DNA of 64,000 nucleotides from an uncultured Gammaproteobacteria bacterium (GTDB lineage Bacteria; Pseudomonadota; Gammaproteobacteria; DRLM01): NCBI GenBank assembly GCA_963761035.1, contig CAVXFH010000002.1, positions 1,738,915 to 1,802,914 of the forward strand, read 5' to 3'. Shown piece by piece: positions 57,187 to 64,000 of this stretch (position 1 is its first letter; each line of letters starts with the position of its first letter). The notes under the pieces were generated by a model. It saw only the letters and a program-made list of their open reading frames with translations, ran no database searches and was not told where the DNA came from. The position numbers and the translations under genes were made by a program.

Positions 57187-58575
57187 ATGCTAATCACACC
57201 GCGATCACGGCGTCAGATGCAATTGAACAACTGGTTGTTCGTGGTGCTGCTACTGGCCATCGTCGGCCTGCTGGCCTGGGTGAGTACCCGATACAACTAC
57301 CAGGCAGATTGGACCGCCAATGCGCGCCGTTCCCTGGCGGAGTCCAGCGTCAAATTGCTGGAGCAGGCCAAGGGGCCGCTGACCATCACCGCCTTCGCCC
57401 GCGACAATCGCCAGATGCGCGGCCATATCAGCGATGTGATCGGCCGTTATCAGCGCTACAAGCACGACATCGTCTTCACTTTCGTCAATCCCGACACCGA
57501 TCCGGCGCGCGCCCAGGCCATGGGAGTGAACAGCGACGGCGAGGTGGTAATCGAATACGGCGGACGCAAGGAATTCATTCAATCCTTCGATTTGAATGAG
57601 CAGAACATCACCAACGCCTTGCAGCGCCTGATGCGCAGCGGCGAGCACTGGCTGGTATTCTTGGACGGGCACGGCGAGCGCCGCCCCCACGGCGAGGCCA
57701 ATAAGGATTTGTCCTTGTGGGTGAAGCAATTGGAGGACAAGGGCTTCAAGGCTCGCAGTCTCAATCTCGCGGAGAATGCCGCCATACCGGATAATATCGC
57801 CGCGCTGGTAATCAGCGCGCCTCAGGTGGACCTGTTGCCGGGCGAGGTGAAGGCGGTGGACGACTACGTGAGCCGCGGCGGCAATCTGTTATGGCTGGGG
57901 GACCCGGGTCCCTTGCATGGCCTGGAGCCGCTGGCCAAGCAATTGGGCGTGCAGTTTCTGAAGGGGATCGTGGTGGATCTCACCACCCAGTTGTTGGGAA
58001 TTCAGAGCGCCGCCATCGCCGCCGTGACCAGCTATAGTCCGTCCACTCCGGTCACCAAAGATTTTAATTTGCTAACCGTATTTCCCTTGGCGGCGGGCTT
58101 GACCGTGACGGCGCCGCCGGGCTGGCAAAGCCAAACCATGTTGAGGACCGGGGCGAACAGTTGGGTGGAAACCGGCGACATCAGCAGCGGCAAAGTCAGT
58201 TTTAGCGAGAAGGAAGATATTCGCGGACCGGTGACCATCGGCATCAGCCTTACGCGCGATCGGGCGAGCAAGAGCGCGAAGGGCGGCAAGGAACCCGCGC
58301 CAAAGCAGCAGCGGGTGATAGTGATCGGCGACGGCGATTTCCTTTCCAATCAATATGTGGGCAATGTGGGCAATCTCGATCTCGGCATCAATATGGTCAA
58401 CTGGTTGAGCGCGGACGAGCATTTTCTGGACATTCCCGCCAAGACTGCGCCCGATACCGATCTGCGGTTGTCGCGGTTACAGTCCGGCATCATCGGATTT
58501 GGATTCTGGATAGGCGTACCGGTGATGCTGTTGGCCGGCGGCTTGGCCATTTGGCTGCGGCGTCGTAAACGCTAA
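57187..58575 (+). CDS. GldG-like ABC-transport auxiliary protein (ABC_transp_aux family)
   Basis: 462 aa, N- and C-terminal TM anchors with a large periplasmic domain; motifs characteristic of Gldg-family proteins. Confidence 0.7.
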   Translation: MLITPRSRRQMQLNNWLFVVLLLAIVGLLAWVSTRYNYQADWTANARRSLAESSVKLLEQAKGPLTITAFARDNRQMRGHISDVIGRYQRYKHDIVFTFVNPDTDPARAQAMGVNSDGEVVIEYGGRKEFIQSFDLNEQNITNALQRLMRSGEHWLVFLDGHGERRPHGEANKDLSLWVKQLEDKGFKARSLNLAENAAIPDNIAALVISAPQVDLLPGEVKAVDDYVSRGGNLLWLGDPGPLHGLEPLAKQLGVQFLKGIVVDLTTQLLGIQSAAIAAVTSYSPSTPVTKDFNLLTVFPLAAGLTVTAPPGWQSQTMLRTGANSWVETGDISSGKVSFSEKEDIRGPVTIGISLTRDRASKSAKGGKEPAPKQQRVIVIGDGDFLSNQYVGNVGNLDLGINMVNWLSADEHFLDIPAKTAPDTDLRLSRLQSGIIGFGFWIGVPVMLLAGGLAIWLRRRKR

Positions 58576-58584
58576 ATAACGAGG

Positions 58585-59469
58585 ATGGCGGTTATGGGCA
58601 AGCGGGCGTTGCTCAATCTGTGGTTGGCGGTGGCTTTAGCGGCATTGGTATGGGTGGTGTGGCAAGAGCCCGGCCATGCCCCCCAACCGGCTGCCGTCAA
58701 ATTGACGGCGTTAACGCCGGCCGCGGTCGATAAGATCGTCGTCAGCAATCATAATGGTTCTATCTCCTTCGTCAGGCGGAATGGTGTCTGGGAGATGATC
58801 GAACCTGTCAAGGTCGCGGCCAACCCCGTGCGTATCGATAATCTCTTGCAGTTGACCCAGGCCAAGAGCATAACGCGTTTCGCGGCACATGGCCGGGATT
58901 TAGCTCAATACGGGCTGGCCAAGCCGGCAATACGAGTGCAACTCAATGACGTCGAGTTGTTGTTCGGCGGTGTGACGCCGATGGGCCAACAGCGTTATGT
59001 GATGGTGGGGGACGTGATTCATCTTATCGCCGACAATTATCAGTACGAACTGACATCCGATGCGGCGGCCTTCGTCAGCCGCGATCTGGTACCGCGCGGC
59101 AAAGAGATTGTGGCCATGGGATTGCCGGGAGCCAAACTGTCCCTCGGCGACAACAACAAATGGTCATTGGCGCCGCCGGATACAGGGCTTTCCCAGGAAG
59201 CCATGCGCCAAGCGGTGGATGAATGGAGCGATGCGCAGGCCTTGCGGGTGGCGGCGTATGATAAGCGTCCCGGGCTGGGTGCCGTGATAATTCGGGTCAA
59301 GGACGAACAACAATCCCTGCGTTATGAGATCATTGCCCGCAAGCCGGAATTGATCCTGGCGCGGCCGGAGATTGGTATGCAATTTTATCTCGCCCCGGAA
59401 CAAGCCGAACGCCTATTGGATATTGGTAAACCGGCGGCGGCCGCTGCCGCGGAGACTGATAAGAAATAA
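58585..59469 (+). CDS. DUF4340-like protein (partner of GldG-like ABC modules)
   Basis: 294 aa, N-terminal TM anchor; position and architecture match DUF4340 proteins downstream of GldG-like genes. From memory, not HMM-verified. Confidence 0.5.
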   Translation: MAVMGKRALLNLWLAVALAALVWVVWQEPGHAPQPAAVKLTALTPAAVDKIVVSNHNGSISFVRRNGVWEMIEPVKVAANPVRIDNLLQLTQAKSITRFAAHGRDLAQYGLAKPAIRVQLNDVELLFGGVTPMGQQRYVMVGDVIHLIADNYQYELTSDAAAFVSRDLVPRGKEIVAMGLPGAKLSLGDNNKWSLAPPDTGLSQEAMRQAVDEWSDAQALRVAAYDKRPGLGAVIIRVKDEQQSLRYEIIARKPELILARPEIGMQFYLAPEQAERLLDIGKPAAAAAAETDKK

Positions 59470-59490
59470 GCGCGAGAAGTCCCCCCCTGC

Positions 59491-60303
59491 ATGCCTGAAT
59501 TGCCCGAAGTTGAGACTATAAAGCGCGGCATCGCCCCGCATGTCGCTGGACAGCGGATTATGCGGGTGGTGGTGAGGGAGCGCCGCATGCGCCTTCCTAT
59601 ACCGCGGCAATTCGCCGCCCGAGTGACCGGGCGGCTGATCGCGGCCATCAGCCGCCGAGGAAAATATCTATTATTAAACTGCACCGACGGAACCCTCATC
59701 ATTCACCTCGGAATGTCGGGGAGCCTGCGCGTGGTGCCCGCGGACAAGTCGGCGGAGAGGCATGATCATGTTGATTTACGGCTGAGTAACGGCATGGTGT
59801 TGCGTCTGCGCGATCCGCGCCGCTTCGGTTTGATGGTGTGGATTGAAGAGGACCCGCTGCGGCATCCGCTGCTAAGCAGCCTGGGCCCGGAACCGCTGAC
59901 CGCGACGTTCAACGGCACTTATCTGCTGAGGCACGCCCGCGGCAGAAGCGTGTCGATCAAGCAATTTATTATGGACGCCAAGATTGTGGTCGGAGTGGGG
60001 AATATCTATGCGAATGAGGCTTTATTCACGGCTGGGGTGGATCCCCGCCGTGCCGCGGGCAAGGTGACGGCGGCGGAATACGGATTGATTGCGAAGGCGA
60101 TCAAACGGGTATTGCGCGAGGCAATTGCCGCGGGTGGCACCACATTGCGGGATTTTGTAGATGGCAAGGGGCAGCCCGGCTATTTTTCTCAGCGGCTTCT
60201 GGTGTACGGGCGGGCGGGCCAGCCCTGTCGTTGCTCGCAAATGATCAAAATAGTAAAGCTGGGACAACGTTCCACCTATTTTTGCCCGCATTGTCAAACT
60301 TGA
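59491..60303 (+). CDS. mutM: formamidopyrimidine-DNA glycosylase MutM/Fpg
   Basis: N-terminal MPELPEVE, H2TH, C-terminal zinc finger CRCSQ...CPHCQ. Confidence 0.95.
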   Translation: MPELPEVETIKRGIAPHVAGQRIMRVVVRERRMRLPIPRQFAARVTGRLIAAISRRGKYLLLNCTDGTLIIHLGMSGSLRVVPADKSAERHDHVDLRLSNGMVLRLRDPRRFGLMVWIEEDPLRHPLLSSLGPEPLTATFNGTYLLRHARGRSVSIKQFIMDAKIVVGVGNIYANEALFTAGVDPRRAAGKVTAAEYGLIAKAIKRVLREAIAAGGTTLRDFVDGKGQPGYFSQRLLVYGRAGQPCRCSQMIKIVKLGQRSTYFCPHCQT

Positions 60304-60356
60304 GCAGGGGGGACTCGTTGCGGGCCCGCTATGCTATGCAATTCCGGCCGTCTCGA

Positions 60357-61769
60357 TTAAGAGTGAGGCAATGGCGCCTCTTTGCCCGGGGCGTTCACAA
60401 TCTCCATCAAAACCGCATCGGGCTTTACCATGATGGTTTTCAGGTTGTAGGTCAATTCGGAGACCTGACGCGTCAATTCCGCGTTGCTGCTATCGTAGGG
60501 ATTGAATACGAGAAAATGCGCGCCATGGAGATTTTTTAATAAACCTTCCGTGTCCTGGGCGGGGGGCGGCAAGGGGAAGGTCGGATGCTTGGTGGCGAGC
60601 AAGGTGCGGCCCGGCCATTGACTAATGGTCGCGGTGGACTGTGGAAGGTCATCGAGTTCGCTGGACAGGGCGCGGATTACCTCATCCTGCGAGGAAACCA
60701 CTCCGTGCAGAATGTCATAATGCTGCACCTTGTCTGCGATCATATAGGCGGTCGCAAGCGCGAAGGTGACAACCAGGACTATGCCCCTTTGCCCCATAAA
60801 GCCGCCGACCTGTAGTCCCCGGTTAATGTTGATCAATAAATACAGGCCGCGATAGAGCACGATGGCCAGCGCCAGCATCGCCCAGCCGTAATCGGCCGCA
60901 ACGATCCCCAACAATAGTCCACAGAGCAACATGCGGCCCAACAGATCATTAAACAATCCGCGAAAATCGCCAAGCAGAAAGAGGACGAGGATGCCGCTTG
61001 GAATCAACCCCAATATCCACGATGGGCCGCCGCTGTCCGGTCCGACGACATAAACGAGGCCGGTGAGAACGGCCACGGGGTTATCGCCCCACTCCAGGGC
61101 AGACCAGCCCCAGCGCAAAATCAAGATCAGAGCCGTAGCAACACCCAGCCCCACCATGACTTGCAGACGTTGTCGATTGTCGATGGGAGTCTTGTACCAT
61201 TCCCACATCAAGGCGAGCGGATAGGCCAGGCCGGCCGGATGCAAACTGACCGCCACGGCGGCGAGGATCAATTGAATGAAATACCAGCCCCCTAATTGGC
61301 GCTGGGCCTGACGATACTTTTCATCCAACCACTGGCCCAGGGCAAACAGCAGCAGCAAGAACGGGCCGATGCCGAGCGCGTTGATCTGCGAAAATGTCAA
61401 CGGGGCTATCAAGAGCAGGCCGCTGCCGATGAGCGCCACTTCCTCGCTCATGGTGCGACGCGCCCAGCGGTATAGTAATGAGATTGCGGCAAAGGCGATC
61501 AGCAGGGTGAAGACTTTGACGGCGACGATACTCCCGGTCCAATATATTCCGAGCGGAGCAAAAAGAAGCGCACGCAGGTCCGGTAGGCCAAAGATTACGA
61601 TTGGATTCGCAACGTGGTCCGCAACGGTCCAGTTGAGCAACAAGGCCCTAGCGGCGGATTCTTCAATGCCATAGGGATCAAAGCGCAGCAGCCCAAAGAG
61701 CAGGGCGAGACCGCCCCATAACAGGAATGTCAGAAGGATTTTGATTTGAATAGGGATACGCGTCAGCAT
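60357..61769 (-). CDS. polytopic membrane protein, ArnT/PMT-like glycosyltransferase family 39-like (tentative)
   Basis: 470 aa, ~11 TM helices in the N-terminal two-thirds and a soluble C-terminal domain; family assignment weak. Confidence 0.45.
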   Translation of the reverse strand: MLTRIPIQIKILLTFLLWGGLALLFGLLRFDPYGIEESAARALLLNWTVADHVANPIVIFGLPDLRALLFAPLGIYWTGSIVAVKVFTLLIAFAAISLLYRWARRTMSEEVALIGSGLLLIAPLTFSQINALGIGPFLLLLFALGQWLDEKYRQAQRQLGGWYFIQLILAAVAVSLHPAGLAYPLALMWEWYKTPIDNRQRLQVMVGLGVATALILILRWGWSALEWGDNPVAVLTGLVYVVGPDSGGPSWILGLIPSGILVLFLLGDFRGLFNDLLGRMLLCGLLLGIVAADYGWAMLALAIVLYRGLYLLININRGLQVGGFMGQRGIVLVVTFALATAYMIADKVQHYDILHGVVSSQDEVIRALSSELDDLPQSTATISQWPGRTLLATKHPTFPLPPPAQDTEGLLKNLHGAHFLVFNPYDSSNAELTRQVSELTYNLKTIMVKPDAVLMEIVNAPGKEAPLPHS

Positions 61770-62424
61770 CGAATGCGGGATTACAGGCGGGAGTTTAATT
61801 TCTTGGAGCGCATTTTGTGAGGCAAATCATACCCTAAAATAATGTTATAGTCATCTCGACAAATCTATAATCGGGCGACGGGCAGTCGAATTTTGGACGG
61901 GTGTCGTGAGATGATAGTTGAGTCGATTGATCAGCAATGGACAGATGCTAACGTCAAATGGAATTAGCGAGCAATCGTCATTGCACTTGTCTATAATGCG
62001 GTGCTGTAGGGGGCGGTTGGCGGTATTCAAATTCCGGTTGTAGTTGAGAGAGTTGCAGGCGATATTTTTGAGCTTGCAATTTTTTGGGCGATCATGCTAT
62101 ACATTTTGCACTTTTTTTGTGCGGCAGACCGCTTGTAAATGTTATAAATGGAGGTGCTACATGTTGAACACAGGGCAGGTACTTACGCTGTATGTGGTGT
62201 GGTTTGTATGTGCTTATACGTTGGTTTATATTTTAATTAAAAAGAATTCGTAGTCTTTTCGAGAATTGAGCTGATAGGATTGGGCTAGGGGTGGGACTTC
62301 CACAATATCCGTGGTTGTGTTACTTGTAGATATACGGTTATTGATCCCTGTCGCGCTGGAGTTTTCATGCTGGGACACTCAGGGTGATTAAGAATGTCAA
62401 ATCGATCGGGGGGGGCATTCAAAA

Positions 62425-63228
62425 ATGCAACGAAATAAAATGATTTTGGTGTCATTGACGGCGGCGGCCTTGTTTGGCGCCACCAATATAGTGCTGGCCG
62501 CGGATGATGCGGCACAGGAGATGCAGGCTGGGAATGCCGATGTGCAAAACGTGCACGCCAACCCCGCCAATGGCGAGAAAATATTCAAAGAAGGGAAGGG
62601 CGCCGTGCCGGCGTGTATGACCTGTCACGGCCCCGAAGGGATGGGCGACGACAATATGGGCACGCCGCGGCTTGCCGGTCAGTCGGTGGTTTATCTGATT
62701 AAGCAGTTGGAAGACTTTGCCCATGGTCGGCGTAAGGATCAAACCATGTTCGTAATGGACACGGCTGTTGCCCCGAACCTGACCCCGGAGGATCGGGTTG
62801 ACGTCGCGGTATATGTGAGCACCAAGCTGCCGATTCTTAGCAAAGAGCTGTCAAACGTTAAGGATCTGACTGCCGCTGGTCAGAAGGTGGGCCTTTCCTA
62901 CCTGGGCAAAGAGATCGTTTTGTACGGATTGCCGCAGAAGAATGTCCCAGCCTGTAAATCCTGCCATCAATACAATGGGCGCGGTCAGCCTCCGATCTAT
63001 CCGCAAATCGGTCAACAGAAGTATGTGTATCTGACTAACCAGTTGAAGCATTGGCGCGACGGTAGCCGAGCCAATGATCCAATCGCACAGATGCAACATG
63101 TGGCAAACAAATTATCCGATGAAGACATCGCCAATGCGGCGGCTTATTTGATGGACGCACCCTACTCGACGATGGGTAATGGCTTTATCCCTGAGCAGCA
63201 TATACCTGTGGCGTTTGAGCCCCATTAG
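62425..63228 (+). CDS. di-heme cytochrome c (c4-type)
   Basis: Signal peptide; two CxxCH motifs (CMTCH, CKSCH) each followed ~40-50 aa later by Met. Confidence 0.85.
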   Translation: MQRNKMILVSLTAAALFGATNIVLAADDAAQEMQAGNADVQNVHANPANGEKIFKEGKGAVPACMTCHGPEGMGDDNMGTPRLAGQSVVYLIKQLEDFAHGRRKDQTMFVMDTAVAPNLTPEDRVDVAVYVSTKLPILSKELSNVKDLTAAGQKVGLSYLGKEIVLYGLPQKNVPACKSCHQYNGRGQPPIYPQIGQQKYVYLTNQLKHWRDGSRANDPIAQMQHVANKLSDEDIANAAAYLMDAPYSTMGNGFIPEQHIPVAFEPH

Positions 63229-63254
63229 TTTCTTTGAGTTATAGCCTGGTAATT

Positions 63255-63285
63255 AGAAGGGCGGTCATTCCGCCCCTCTTTTTTC
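63255..63285 (+). terminator. rho-independent terminator after the cytochrome c4 gene
   Basis: GAAGGGCGG-tcatt-CCGCCCCTC followed by TTTTTT. Confidence 0.8.
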
Positions 63286-63398
63286 GAACTACACTTGTAT
63301 TCTTCGGTCAATTTAGGTACCGAGTGCAGCGGATTGCAGCTATTTCAACTCGATTTCCAGGTCTGCAGGGTTACTGAAAGCACGAGGCAAACTTTGTC

Positions 63399-63992
63399 AT
63401 GGGCCTGAAGCAGTCGTTAAAGCCCGGTGAAAAGGCTTTATTTAGCATCTTTGGCATCTTCGTGGCGATCGCGATCGTGGGTTATATTGCGCTCGAAGTA
63501 ATGCGCATGCATTCCGACAAGCCGCTATACGTAATCCGAACCCATTACGACCTGACCCCCGTGGGTGAGCGAGGTTCGATGATCTTTCGTAAATCCAACT
63601 GCATCGATTGTCATCGCGCCATGAACATCGGCTCCAATATGGGTCTGGATCTGGACGGCCTCGGCTCCTCCAAGTCCAAGGACTGGATTCTGGCGTTCCT
63701 CCGCGATCCCGAGAACACCTACGGGAGCACGACGGTGGATCACGGCATGGCGCCGAAAGCGGCTGCCTATGTCGCGGCCATGCCGGTGGCGGATCTGGAG
63801 GATATCGCTACCTTTATCTCCGAGCTCAAGGCCGATCGCGGTTCACCCGCCGCGCTGCAACCGCCGGAAGGGGAATCATCGTTCATAGATAACATGGTTA
63901 GGATGTGGGCGCCCAAGGACTGGAAGAGCAAATACCAGGATGTGCGTACCGAAAACTCGGGAAACAAAGCGCAGGGGGTAGATAAGCAGTGA
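63399..63992 (+). CDS. membrane-anchored mono-heme c-type cytochrome
   Basis: N-terminal TM helix (LFSIFGIFVAIAIVGYIAL); single CxxCH (CIDCH). Confidence 0.7.
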   Translation: MGLKQSLKPGEKALFSIFGIFVAIAIVGYIALEVMRMHSDKPLYVIRTHYDLTPVGERGSMIFRKSNCIDCHRAMNIGSNMGLDLDGLGSSKSKDWILAFLRDPENTYGSTTVDHGMAPKAAAYVAAMPVADLEDIATFISELKADRGSPAALQPPEGESSFIDNMVRMWAPKDWKSKYQDVRTENSGNKAQGVDKQ

Positions 63993-64000
63993 GTGAACCG

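Noticed and set aside
1-64000. CRISPR arrays, IS elements, prophage genes, toxin-antitoxin pairs
   Set aside because: No short regularly spaced direct repeats, no transposase/integrase-like ORFs, and no phage structural genes were seen on reading both strands. The only repeat families are those listed under features.

Overview
This is a 64 kb chromosomal segment from a high-GC (about 60-65%) proteobacterium, and almost all of it is coding. Housekeeping blocks dominate: partial mutY-asmA; thiS-thiG-trmB; serB-hemW-RRM protein-rdgB-rph-yicC; gmk-rpoZ-spoT-ridA-recG-ubiCA; kdsDC-lptCAB-rpoN-hpf-ptsN-hprK-rapZ-EIIA(Man)-NPr; and a GldG-type ABC exporter module followed by mutM. There is one tRNA-Gly(CCC). 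Three regions look accessory and are worth a second look. (1) A sigma54-controlled module at 9.6-20.7 kb. A divergent sensor kinase and NtrC-type regulator sit beside an outer-membrane barrel, a small periplasmic binding-fold protein and a cupredoxin. Downstream is a six-gene putative lipid or metabolite tailoring operon: thermostable-hemolysin-like acyltransferase, acyl-AMP ligase, heme-oxygenase-like di-iron oxidase, periplasmic TPR protein, SDR and DedA. Two copies of a ~115 bp repeat carry near-consensus -24/-12 promoters and a conserved upstream palindrome in front of the cupredoxin gene and the operon. (2) A low-GC islet at 26.7-33.7 kb. It encodes an 1117 aa secreted PIG-L deacetylase with four discoidin-like and two Ig-like domains, built from three near-identical ~395 bp intragenic repeats, next to an ankyrin-repeat protein and a TPR-sulfotransferase. 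(3) About 1.07 kb next to the tRNA-Gly contains a doubtful 155 aa ORF and a ~0.3 kb stretch with no assignable gene, a 41 bp direct repeat and a perfect 12 bp hairpin. A host-attachment-family protein and an orphan B12-radical-SAM enzyme flank it. No CRISPR array, integrase or transposase was seen. Many plus/minus 'shadow' ORFs in the track are GC-driven artefacts overlapping real genes.
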